DNA from: Proteromonas lacertae
Taxonomy: Eukaryota
Direction: 5' to 3'
Length of the DNA: 64,000 bases
Assembly (NCBI GenBank): GCA_002245135.1
Contig: NGBS01000292.1
Coordinates: 1 to 64,000 of the forward strand
Below, one piece after another: positions 1 to 11,067 of the stretch. Every line of letters begins with the position of its first letter. Within the stretch, counting starts at the first letter, position 1. The notes beneath the pieces are model-generated. The model had not been told where the DNA came from and did no database searches. It saw nothing but the letters and a program-made list of their open reading frames with translations. Both the position numbers and the translations under genes were made by a program.

Positions 1-1420
1 CAAATGAAGGAAATAATGATTTTATTGATAATAATGAATTCCCAGTAAGTGAAAATACTGATGATATCTTTAATTCCGTAACTGAAAGTAAAGCTCCTGA
101 AGAAGATAATCCATTTGAAGAGAATGTGGAAGTAGCATCTGAAAAATCCGAAAGTGAGAAAGAAGAAGAGAATCCATTTGTAGAAGAAGTTGAGGTAAAA
201 TCTGATAAAGAAGAAATCGAAAATCCATTTGAAGAAGATGTAAAAGAAGAAAGTGAAAAAAGTGAAAAAGAAGAATCATCTCCAAAAGAAGAAGAAGAAA
301 ATCCATTTGAGAGAATGTAGAAGTTGCTTCTGAGAAAGAAGAATCTCTGAGAAAGAAGAAAGTGTAAAAGAAGAAAGTGAAAAATCGGAAAGTGAAAAAG
401 AAGAATCATCTCCAAAAGAAGAAGAAGAAAATCCATTTGAAGAGAATGTAGAAGTTGCTTCTGAGAAAGAAGAATCTCCCAAAGAAGAAAGTGAGAAAGA
501 AGAAGTGTAAAAGAAGAAAGTGAAAAATCGGAAAGTGAAAAAGAAGAATCATCTCCAAAAAGAAGAAGAAGAAATCCATTTGAAGAGAATGTAGAAGTTG
601 CTTCTGAGAAAGGAAGAAGATAACAATGATTTCTTCAATAATGATGGTTTTGGCGAATCCAAATGAAGGAAATAATGATTTTATTGATAATAATTGAATT
701 CCCAGTAAGTGAAAATACTGATGATATCTTTAATTCCGTAACTGAAAGTAAAGCTCCTGAAGAAGATAATCCATTTGAAGAGAATGTGGAAGTAGCATCT
801 GAAAAATCCGAAAGTGAGAAAGAAGAAGAGAATCCATTTGTAGAAGAAGTTGAGGTAAAATCTGATAAAGAAGAAATCGAAAATCCATTTGAAGAAGATG
901 TAAAAGAAGAAAGTGAAAAATCGGAAAGTGAAAAAGAAGAATCATCTCCAAAAGAAGAAGAAGAAAATCCATTTGAAGAGAATGTAGAAGTTGCTTCTGA
1001 GAAAGAAGAATCTCCCAAAAAGAAAGGAAGAAAGTGAGAAAGAAGAAAGTGTTAAGAAGAAGAAATGGTTGCGAAAAATCCGGCGAAAGTGAAAAATGAA
1101 GAGAATCATCTCCAAAAGAAGAAGAAGAAAAGTCCATTTGGAAGAGAATGTAGAAGTTGGCTTCTTGGAGAAAGAGAAGAATCTCCCCAAAGAAAGGAAA
1201 GTTGAGAAAGAAAGAAAGTGTAAAAGAAGAAAGTGAAAAAATCGGGAAAGTGGAAAAAGGAAGGAATCATCTCCAAAAAGAAGAAAGAAGATAATCCATT
1301 TGAAGAGAATGTGGAAGTAGCATCTGAAAAATCCGAAAGTGAGGAAAGAAGAAAGAAAATCCATTTGTAGAAGAAGTTTGAGGTAAAATCCTGATTAATG
1401 AAGAAATCGAAAATTCTTTA
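1..1420 (+). repeat. Coding tandem repeats of Glu-rich units carrying EENPFEE (NPF) motifs, with a higher-order about 660 bp duplication; frameshifted and probably error-rich
   Basis: Positions 1-about 330 recur at 661-about 1000; gaaaatccatttgaagag recurs many times; copies differ by scattered 1-nt indels that increase in 1020-1420. Confidence 0.8.
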
Positions 1421-1623
1421 AAGTAACTGTAAATGATGAAAAAGGTAAAAATTTATTTTCTGAAGATGATGTAGAAAATCACTTTGAATCTGTTGCTCCA
1501 AAGTGATGATAAGTTAAATTTAGGTTGTATTAATGAAATTGACGAACAAATAATCTAGAAAATGATTATGAAACTAATGAAAATTCTGTTGAAGATAAAA
1601 CTCCGTTTCCAAAGAGGAAGTAT

Positions 1624-3744
1624 TTGTTCCATAAAGAGTCTCCATTTGTTCCATCTAATTTACCAGTTCCAATTCTTAGTGCAAATACAAGTACTGATAG
1701 CACCGATATTAGTATTATAGGACTGATGGAAAAAGAAGAATTAAATGATAAAAGAGATTCAATAATTATGGAAGGTAATGCTAATGATGAAAATGTAAAT
1801 GAAGATTTTGCATCAGTAGAAGAAACAAAAGAAATTGTGAAAGAAGAAAAATCAAAATCAAAAAAGAAAGGTGTAAGCTTAAAGAAGAAGCCAAGTGCAA
1901 CTCCAAAAAAGAAAGCAGAAATGTCAAAGAAGAAAACTGAAACACCTAAAAAGAAAGGTAAAAAATCTAAAGCTGCCAAATCAGATGAACCTAAAATAAT
2001 AACTAAACCAGAAGAAGAAGAAGAAGAAGAAACAGTAGAAAAACCATTACCAGAAGAACAAACAGAAATTACACAAGAACAAACAGAAATTACACAAGAA
2101 CAAACAGCAGAAGCTGAAGCTGAAGAAGTAAAAGAAGAAAAATCAAAATCAAAAAAGAAAGGTGTAAGCTTAAAGAAGAAGCCAAGTGCAACTCCGAAAA
2201 AGAAAGCAGAAATGTCAAAGAAGAAAACTGAAACACCTAAAAAGAAAGGTAAAAAATCTAAAGCTGCCAAATCAGATGAACCTAAAATAATAACTAAACC
2301 AGAAGAAGAAGAAGAAGAAGAAGAAACAGTAGAAAAACCATTACCAGAAGAACAAACAGAAATTACACAAGAACAAACAGAAATTACACAAGAACAAACA
2401 GCAGAAGCTGAAGCTGAAGAAGTAAAAGAAGAAAAATCAAAATCAAAAAAGAAAGGTGTAAGCTTAAAGAAGAAGCCAAGTGCAACTCCAAAAAAGAAAG
2501 CAGAAATGTCAAAGAAGAAAACTGAAACACCTAAAAAGAAAGGTAAAAAATCTAAAGCTGCCAAATCAGATGAACCTAAAATAATAACTAAACCAGAAGA
2601 AGAAGAAGAAGAAGAAACAGTAGAAAAACCATTACCAGAAGAACAAACAGAAATTACACAAGAACAAACAGAAATTACACAAGAACAAACAGCAGAAGCT
2701 GAAGCTGAAGAAGTAAAAGAAGTAAAAGAAGAAAAATCAAAATCAAAAAAGAAAGGTGTAAGCTTAAAGAAGAAGCCAAGTGCAACTCCGAAAAAGAAAG
2801 CAGAAATGTCAAAGAAGAAAACTGAAACACCTAAAAAGAAAGGTAAAAAATCTAAAGCTGCCAAATCAGATGAACCTAAAATAATAACTAAACTAGAAGA
2901 AGAAGAAGAAGAAGAAACAGTAGAAAAACCATTACCAGAAGAACAAACAGAAATTACACAAGAACAAACAGAAATTACACAAGAACAAACAGCAGAAGCT
3001 GAAGCTGAAGCTGAAGAAGTAAAAGAAGTAAAAGAAGAAAAATCAAAATCAAAAAAGAAAGGTGTAAGCTTAAAGAAGAAGCCAAGTGCAACTCCAAAAA
3101 AGAAAGCAGAAATGTCAAAGAAGAAAACTGAAACACCTAAAAAGAAAGGTAAAAAATCTAAAGCTGCCAAATCAGATGAACCTAAAATAATAACTAAACC
3201 AGAAGAAGAAGAAGAAGAAGAAACAGTAGAAAAACCATTACCAGAAGAACAAACAGAAATTACACAAGAACAAACAGAAATTACACAAGAACAAACAGCA
3301 GAAGCTGAAGCTGAAGCTGAAGAAGTAAAAGAAGTAAAAGAAGAAAAATCAAAATCAAAAAAGAAAGGTGTAAGCTTAAAGAAGAAGCCAAGTGCAACTC
3401 CAAAAAAGAAAGCAGAAATGTCAAAGAAGAAAACTGAAACACCTAAAAAGAAAGGTAAAAAATCTAAAGCTGCCAAATCAGATGAACCTAAAATAATAAC
3501 TAAACTAGAAGAAGAAGAAGAAGAAACAGAAGAACAAACAGAAATTACACAAGAACAAACAGAAATTACACAAGAACAAACAGCAGAAGCTGAAGCTGAA
3601 GAAGTAAAAGAAGTAAAAGAAGAAAAATCAAAATCAAAAAAGAAAGGTGTAAGCTTAAAGAAGAAGCCAAGTGCAACTCCAAAAAAGAAAGCAGAAATGT
3701 CAAAGAAGAAAACTGAAACTCCTAAAAAGAAAGGTAAAAAGTAA
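1624..3744 (+). CDS. C-terminal part of a large low-complexity repeat protein with alternating Lys-rich and Glu-rich blocks; probably continuous with the NPF repeats upstream, true start not visible
   Basis: 706 aa open frame; all repeat length differences are multiples of 3; the frame stays open upstream of the TTG start call; ends at TAA 3744. Confidence 0.75.
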   Translation: MFHKESPFVPSNLPVPILSANTSTDSTDISIIGLMEKEELNDKRDSIIMEGNANDENVNEDFASVEETKEIVKEEKSKSKKKGVSLKKKPSATPKKKAEMSKKKTETPKKKGKKSKAAKSDEPKIITKPEEEEEEETVEKPLPEEQTEITQEQTEITQEQTAEAEAEEVKEEKSKSKKKGVSLKKKPSATPKKKAEMSKKKTETPKKKGKKSKAAKSDEPKIITKPEEEEEEEETVEKPLPEEQTEITQEQTEITQEQTAEAEAEEVKEEKSKSKKKGVSLKKKPSATPKKKAEMSKKKTETPKKKGKKSKAAKSDEPKIITKPEEEEEEETVEKPLPEEQTEITQEQTEITQEQTAEAEAEEVKEVKEEKSKSKKKGVSLKKKPSATPKKKAEMSKKKTETPKKKGKKSKAAKSDEPKIITKLEEEEEEETVEKPLPEEQTEITQEQTEITQEQTAEAEAEAEEVKEVKEEKSKSKKKGVSLKKKPSATPKKKAEMSKKKTETPKKKGKKSKAAKSDEPKIITKPEEEEEEETVEKPLPEEQTEITQEQTEITQEQTAEAEAEAEEVKEVKEEKSKSKKKGVSLKKKPSATPKKKAEMSKKKTETPKKKGKKSKAAKSDEPKIITKLEEEEEETEEQTEITQEQTEITQEQTAEAEAEEVKEVKEEKSKSKKKGVSLKKKPSATPKKKAEMSKKKTETPKKKGKK
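1843..3741 (+). repeat. About 300 bp near-identical coding tandem repeat, 6 full copies and 1 partial
   Basis: Unit starts (gaagaaaaatcaaaatc) at 1843, 2134, 2428, 2728, 3034, 3340 and 3619; spacings 291, 294, 300, 306, 306, 279. Confidence 0.95.
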
Positions 3745-3965
3745 GGATATTTGTTTTTATATGTTATTATATGTTTATATTATTGATTTGGTTAGTTTTC
3801 TATAGCATAATAGTAAAATATTATTTTTTGCTTTTCTGTCACATAAGTATTCTGCATGACATTTTTAAATTTAATTGGGGTTGTTCGTTATTCCAAAAAT
3901 TATTTCAAAACTCTAATTCTTGTCGTTATTCACATATTATTATCAGTAAATAGAATTAAACAATA

Positions 3966-5438
3966 ATGGATAATAGAAAGCCATCAACTATATATATGAA
4001 GACTTTGATGGAGAAAAGAAAACGAACAATAAAGACTCATAACTTATTTCAGAGTTCTACCACACTGACCACGAATTATTCTGATTCATTAACCCCATTA
4101 TCAAAAATGGCAAGCGATATAACTAATGTTAACAAATCAAATCGTGGAGTTACTGTATTTGATTCAAATGCAAATTTATTTAATAAAGATGCTAGTTCAT
4201 TATCTATTCTACCGATCTCTTCTGGTTTAAGTGGTAATCATCTTGAAGATTCATCACCATTGAGTAATACAATAGATTTATCCTTTCAAAATCTTCCTAA
4301 TTGCGTTCCAGACGTTGATCAAGACAAAATGAAAAATGAAGATGTCATTTTTAAAAGATCAAGTCTACCTGTTGTTTCATTGAATCTCAAAAGTCCTTTA
4401 AGTAAAATGGAACCATTACCAATAGGTATAAAACCTCCACTTCCAAGAAAATCAATGATTTCGAGTTTAATGTCAGATAGTAATAATATTATACGTCGAA
4501 TAAGTGTAGCACCTCCATCCTATCAAGATTTAGTAAGAAAAACGTCACTAGTGAAAAATTCGTTAATTGCATATTCAGTAGCAGATAATAGTGGAGAAAA
4601 TTCTGCTACAACAAAAGTATATTTACATTTTTTAATATTTTTTTATAAATAAATAGAAAATTTCCTATGCTCAAAAGATATCTAGTGCTACTCAAATACA
4701 ATCTTTAGTGAGAAGATATTTATTATTACAGAAATATGTGAAATATGAAAAGAAAAGAACTGAACAAAGATATTTAATAATGAAACAAAGCTTGATGGAT
4801 AGTGAAAATTTTCTAATTTTATATCAAAATAATGATAAAAATCATAATTTAGTTCAATACTATATGCAAATAGCGAGTAAAGAACTAGACAGTATAATAA
4901 ACCAAATAAAAAATAGAAAAATATCTGATGTTCAACGATCAGATTTGTTGATATTTATTTACAATCTTTGTGATAATACAAAATACGGATCTATCACAAG
5001 ATCTCAATTTAGGCAGTTAGTTTTATATATTTTTAGGTTTTCTGTAGCAAAATCTACCCTTAATAAAGATTTAAATGAAATAGATCCACAATATAGAAAC
5101 TCTATACCTTTAACAGATTATATTTCGTATATGAATAAATGTATAGATATATATTTATTGTATCTTTTATTATAGATGTGAAATCAAGATCTGTATTAGG
5201 TTTTGTTCAACAGAAAACAAGTTGTTATAATGTAAAGAAAAGTCTTTTGTATAAAGAGATTGTTAAAGAAATTTTGAAAATGAAATGTAAAAAGTTATTT
5301 TCAAAAATCAATTTAGATGTGTTTGACAAGAAAAACCCTCCTTTATTCGTATGTAGTGAATGTAAAAAACATTTTGTATATCCTCATGATTTAATAAAAC
5401 ATGTTGTTATATGTAAAAAGAAAACTCAAATAATTTAA
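3966..5438 (+). CDS. IQ-motif, EF-hand-like and C-terminal C2H2-like zinc finger protein (3 exons)
   Basis: Introns at about 4617-4656 and 5141-5176 join the ORFs; SATQIQSLVRRYL (IQ), EF-hand-like DNTKYGSITRSQF and DPQYRNSIPLTDY, and CSEC...HxxxC. Confidence 0.7.
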
Positions 5439-5710
5439 ATTATTTATTTTAATCGTTAGTATATAGTTTTTCTTTTGTATTTAATTCAAAACAAAACAAA
5501 CTCTTATTACAAAAAAAACTTATATAAAAAAAGAACACAAACATTAAACCAATTTGATTAAAAAAAAGAGATTGGAAAAAAAAAATACATTAACACTTCT
5601 AATATCAGAAAAACATAAGTAGAGGAGGAATAACAAAATAGGAAAAAGTATACATTATAAAACTAAAAAAAGTATCATTATTCTACAATAATACTTTCTT
5701 TTTCTTTTAT

Positions 5711-6995
5711 TTAGTTTTTAAACGTACATTTGTGACGAACGAATCTTAAAGGAGTTTCAAATACTTTATTACAACGTTTACACTTACATAATGGAGGATT
5801 TCTTTTATCATATTCAGTTAAATTAACATGCAAAAACAGTTCAGCTATACTTCACTTTTAAATATTCAGTAACACATCTTTGATAAGCAAAACTATAAAT
5901 TCTACTTTTACTTCTTCTTTTCTGAGCGAATTTTCCTAACCAAATAACACTATTATTCTGATAATAAGATATAAACCATTGACAGAATGAGTTAAAATTA
6001 ATTGTGTTTTTATAAGATCTATCCAATGATTCTAGAACTTTCGTTATTTCATCTTCTGTAACGGGCAAATTTATTATATTAAAAACCAAATTCCTAAAAT
6101 CTGATCTTGTTAGTATACCAATATGTTCAGGAATTAGTAATTTACATAATAATGATAATAAATAATGAATTCTTTCAATACTTGTTCCTCTTACTTTCAA
6201 CTCATTGCACATTAAATCAAACTTCTTACAAGCTATTTCGTAATGTTTTTTACCTGTTTTATGATGGTTTATATGATTAATAGAATCTTGTACTTCTGAT
6301 AGTGTTTGTCGCATTGTTAAATATCTTCCATCTATTCTTTTTTTCTCATATATTTCGTAGTTATGAATGACCAACCATCTTCGAATAACGGCTTGGATTT
6401 TGGTTGCACTGATATTTCTGTCACTTAAATACCCACCACTACTTTTCCTTGATAAGGAGCCTTGTGATGTTCGTGAGGTTTTTCTCTGACTTATAGCATA
6501 TCCTAAAATTGAAGATTTGACTTTGGCATTTGATTTTCTCAATTCATTGTATGTATATGATTTTTTACTTTCTTTTATACTATTCGATATAGGCTTAATA
6601 GATTGTTTTTTAATGCTGAATCTGCCTGTTCCAGAATTTCCGCCTGAAGAATCACTTGATTTTAAAACCACATTAATATCACCTGTTGTTCTATTTAAAG
6701 AATTGGCAATATTATCTTTATAAATTACATTAATAGTCTTATGCCTTTGCCGACGAATTGCGTCTGATGTGGGATAATACCCGATAGTACCAGGTAATTC
6801 GAAAGTATCAATTGAAGGTGTTGTTGATTTACTAGGTATTGTACCATCTGTAGAGTTTGTTCTTCCCCTATTAAACATAGGTTTCCCATTTACAACAACT
6901 GGATTTAAAGTTGGAATGTGTCTAACCGATATTTGTAATGTGACATCCGATTTTCTTCTATAAGGCCTAATTGGTGGTGGTGATTGAAATTGCAT
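5711..6995 (-). CDS. Paralog of 3966-5438 (IQ, EF-hand-like, zinc finger), with two apparent frameshifts near the 3' end
   Basis: SATKIQAVIRRWL and DRSYKNTINFNSF; after the ORF stop, other frames read AELFLHVNLTEYDKENPPLY and KCKRCNKVF...HKC, matching the paralog INLDVFDKKNPPLFVCSECKKHF. Confidence 0.7.
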
Positions 6996-7098
6996 CTATT
7001 GAGCCGTATTTACTTCAAAAAAGCATATAATAGATGAACAAAAACAAATTACTAACTGATTTTTGAAATGACGATAAACATATGTTAGATGTACATTA

Positions 7099-7404
7099 AT
7101 GAATTTTCATTATTCTTGGTATATGTAGGCATTTATTATACCTTAGTGATATAAAAGTGAAACTACAGACAAATGAAGATGCAGAAATGATCAAGAAAAC
7201 CTTTGAAGTCGATGCTTTACTTCATCCAGAAACAGAAAAGAGAGTAATAGAAGTTATAAATAATCTACTGATATTGTATTATTTAAAGTAGTAATATTGA
7301 ATAGTCATTTTGAAGCAACTGAAGCTAAAATTTTGAGAATTCTATCTGGTAGTGCTATGGATTATTTAAGAGTAGCTGTATTAACATTAGGAGAATTTAA
7401 ATAA
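7099..7404 (+). CDS. PCC1: KEOPS complex subunit Pcc1/LAGE3 (3 exons, about 82 aa; missed by the ORF track)
   Basis: Removing two about 28-29 nt GT-AG introns gives MNFHYSCDIKVKLQTNEDAEMIKKTFEVDALLHPETEKRVIEVINNLLIFHFEATEAKILRILSGSAMDYLRVAVLTLGEFK*, with Pcc1-like length and pattern. Confidence 0.8.
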
Positions 7405-7503
7405 TTTATTTATTTTTGTTTTGTTTAATTAATCACGACAATACCCTAATAAACATAATTTAAACAACAATAAAATGTATCTGACGATAATAGATAATTA
7501 TAT

Positions 7504-10009
7504 TTATTCATTACACTTTTGACATATAGGGAATTCAACAGAAATAGGATAATCTCTTTCTCTAGGTGTTTCAGCAGTAGAAACAGTTCTGGCATAATTA
7601 TTAATATAATTTTTCATCAATAATTCCATACCAGCAATACGTGAGAATAAATCATTATGATAAATAGTAATTTGTGCATTCAAATCATCATAAGCCTGTA
7701 CAACACCCCATGATTGTATATCCTTCGTTAATTGAGTCAAAACAGATGTAATACTACCTTCTTTCTCAGTTTCTTTAATAATGCTATTTTTATCATTTTC
7801 AGTTTTCTCTTTCAAAGTTGCCATAGAATCACCATAAGCAGCATAAGCATCAGTATGATCTTTCTCAGTAACTTGAACATCATTGTAAATATCTTTAGAT
7901 TGTTCTACTACAATTGTATTGAACTTATCTTCAGTTTGACTCATTAAACTAGTTCTTTCTTTACCTCCTTCTTGTATATTACTAACTCTGGCTTTCTCCT
8001 TTTGTGAATATAATGTATTAAGATCTGTAAGAGCACTATATCTAGCTAAATGATTAGATGTCATTTTCTCCATTTGTTGTACAATCATCTCAGTGAATAC
8101 TGCATAATCATTGGATATATCACTTTGATAAGCAGTTATATTTTGATGAAAGGCTTGTAATTCATCTTCAATATCACTAGTCATTTCTTTACAATGTTCA
8201 TTGACATATTTCTCAAATTCGGTTATTTCAGTCTTTTTCTGTTCATGATAAGCCACTAATGATAATCGATTCTTATCTATCTTATCACATACAGCTTTAT
8301 ACCACAAAGTAAGTTTAGCTTTAGATACTTCTACTTGATGATCTAATTCTTTCAACTGTACCATTACAGTCTCATTACACATTGATTTAAACTTTGCGTA
8401 TAATGTTGAATATAATACTTGGAAGTTATTATGTACTTCATCCAATTCTCCAGTTTGTTTTTCCACGAAGGATGTAATATCATCTAATAATCTTTGACAA
8501 TCACCATCTCTTTTCTCTTGAAATTCCTCTACTGTTTTATGCATTTCTGATAGACTACCTTTAATATTCATTATTATATTATCATTAAGATCTTGGTTGA
8601 ATGATTCTACATCACATATACGCTGTACTTTGGAATGATATCCTTTTACATCTTTGACTGCTTCTTCTACTGTTCTAATTAATTGTTTTGCTTTGATAAC
8701 ATTTCTATCTTCATTCTCTTGATGAATACCTAAATGATCAATACAATCATCTAACTTTATATCCGTTTCAACTACTTGTTTTTGTAATTCTGAGATATGT
8801 TTATTTGTCTTTTTTAAATCTTTTTCTGCTTGGGTTAATAGCTTTGTTTTATCTTCTAAAGTTTTCTTCATTGTTGCATAATCATTTTCAGCTATATAGA
8901 TCTGTGCTTGAGCTATCTTTTTAAACTGATCTTCTAATTCATTCACTCTTCTACTATAATCTTGTAATATTGTCGCTTTTAATACTTTCTTATTTTGTTC
9001 AGGTCTATTCCTCATACTCTTTATTCTATGCAATACGTCGAGTGTATTTAACATATCTTCATAGAGACTCTGACTACCACATAAATTACCAATGAAACAT
9101 GTATATCCTCTACCGTTGAAGCTATCCACTAATAACCTTGTCATTTGTGAATCATTAAATGGTAATTGAGGAGTTCTATCAATAATACCTCGAATTAATC
9201 GATGTAAAGCGTATAATGATTGATTTAATACTTTAGTATCCACTTTATCACCTGGTGGGATTGGGTTTTGACCGACACACTCAGATCCTGCTACTTCAAC
9301 GAAGGTCATTTTTCCAATCTTCATATATTCTTCACCTTTTGGTGATATTTCTCTCATATAGATAATCATGGTGAATATAGCGTGTGAATAGACTTTACGG
9401 ATATTGTCTTCACTTGAACGACGTTTGAATGCTGTTGTTAATGCGGATTGTACATCTTCTTCCTTTGTTGAAGTGATTTCACTCAATCCTTTCACTACTA
9501 CACCTCTGATAGGATCATCTACCACTTGTAACTCTTGATTGTTCTGGAAAAATAAATCGGAAATTACTTCATTGTATAATTCACAATAGGAAGCTGTAAT
9601 AATGTATTCATTATCAGTTTTACCTAATGTTTTATAAATTGAATGAACTGCCTGAGCGATAATTCCTTGTTCAGATCCACTTCCAATCATTGTGGTAGTT
9701 TTACCACAGGTAGATGGTCCATACACAAATATAGTGGCACTGTTGCCATCTAGTACTGGATCCACATACTTTTTAACTGTTTTTGTGTATATATCGGTGG
9801 TTGTAGCCTTTTCTGAGAATATACGGTCATATTTATAAATTTTAGGAGCTATAGCAGGGTTAGCAGTGTTATTGATAGTAATAGAATTCTCGCTAGAACT
9901 GAATTTAACTTCAATATCAGTTGTTTTGTCTTTTTCTTCTTGATTCAACTCCCTATCAAATATATAAATAGTCATACCTTGGTCTAATAACTACTTGCAT
10001 GCTAGACAT
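7504..10009 (-). CDS. Kinesin-5 (BimC/Eg5)-like protein with degenerate motor motifs
   Basis: Exon 1 MSSMQVVIRPR followed by a 25-nt intron; YKYDRIF, YGPSTCGKT, ELYNE, EVAGSE; long coiled-coil stalk; BimC-box-like STAETPRERDY. Confidence 0.85.
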
Positions 10010-10164
10010 CTTTTGATCCAAACAAAATCAAAAAATATAAAAAGTGTAAGTATAGTGATAAAGATGTATCTTCTTTTTCAAATCAAGGAATTGTAAAGTT
10101 ATTTTTGAAATTTTTAAATTCTCAAATAAACACATTTAAATACTCATTAAAGATATAAATACTA

Positions 10165-10945
10165 TTATACACTATTTCTTCTATCCATTATTTTGAATAT
10201 ATTACGACTTTTCTTTTTCTTTTTACCTGATTCATCTTTAGCTTTCTGCAATTTAGCTACTAGTACATGTGTTGTATCTTCATATGAATCACATTCATCC
10301 TGTAACGTCTCTGACACCTTTATAAAATGAAGCAGTTGTTCATTTGCATCTAAATAAATAATATCATATAATACGTTTGATTAACGCCTCTAAATCCTCT
10401 TTAGCGTTTTTAAGATCCTCTATTGAAAAGGCCTCTGTTATTACTTTGAAATCATTTGCACTTGCTGAGTAAGTATCTTCTTTAAAATGTGTTTTGATTG
10501 GTGTATATTCACATTCTGGAATGCTTTCTGGTTCTATGTGAGGTATTTCTGGCATTACAAAATCGTCTAGTTTTATTATAGTGGATGGAGGTGGTTGTGG
10601 AATTGGATCTTTTTTGACAGGTTCTTTTATTGGAACCGGAGGAGGTTGCTTGGACTGTCTGTATGGATTTGAGAATAAACCATATTTACCTCTACTTTTA
10701 GGTTTCTCTTGCTCTTTCTTTGTATTATCTGCATTTTCTTCAGTCTTGAGGTAAAATTTTGATGCATTAGAATTAGTTGGAGGAGGAGTAACAGGAGCAT
10801 CTAATGATCCATATGTATCATCGTCTAGAGAACCATATGTGTCTCCAAGTGAACTTGTGATGCCTTTCCTTGATGAGCTGCTGAATGGTTTATCTTTTAA
10901 ATTTAAATGTGGATCAATACCTTCAGGAAGAGTAAAACGGCGCAT
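10165..10945 (-). CDS. Hypothetical protein with a Pro/Ser-rich N-terminus and C-terminal coiled coil (2 exons)
   Basis: 193 aa ORF joined by a 25-nt intron (about 10350-10374) to HANEQLLHFIKVSETLQDEC...RRNSV*. Confidence 0.65.
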
Positions 10946-11067
10946 AAAATGAAGAAAGAAAGAAAATATATGTCAAGTCAAATCATTATTTAGGTTATCG
11001 GTGTTTGAGCGGGTTAGTGGAAAAAACCGCCAATACATTTGAATTAAATTGTCATTATCTCAATAAA

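Noticed and set aside
1566..3476. 636 aa hydrophobic minus-strand ORF (and similar Ser/Phe/Leu-rich antisense ORFs at 70-1364, 11422, 54578, 55555, 60686)
   Set aside because: Antisense shadows of GAA/AAA/CCA-rich coding strands; no independent evidence of coding.
1843..3741. Possible CRISPR-like or satellite array
   Set aside because: Units are about 300 bp, lack unique spacers and keep reading frame; this is a coding repeat in a eukaryotic gene.
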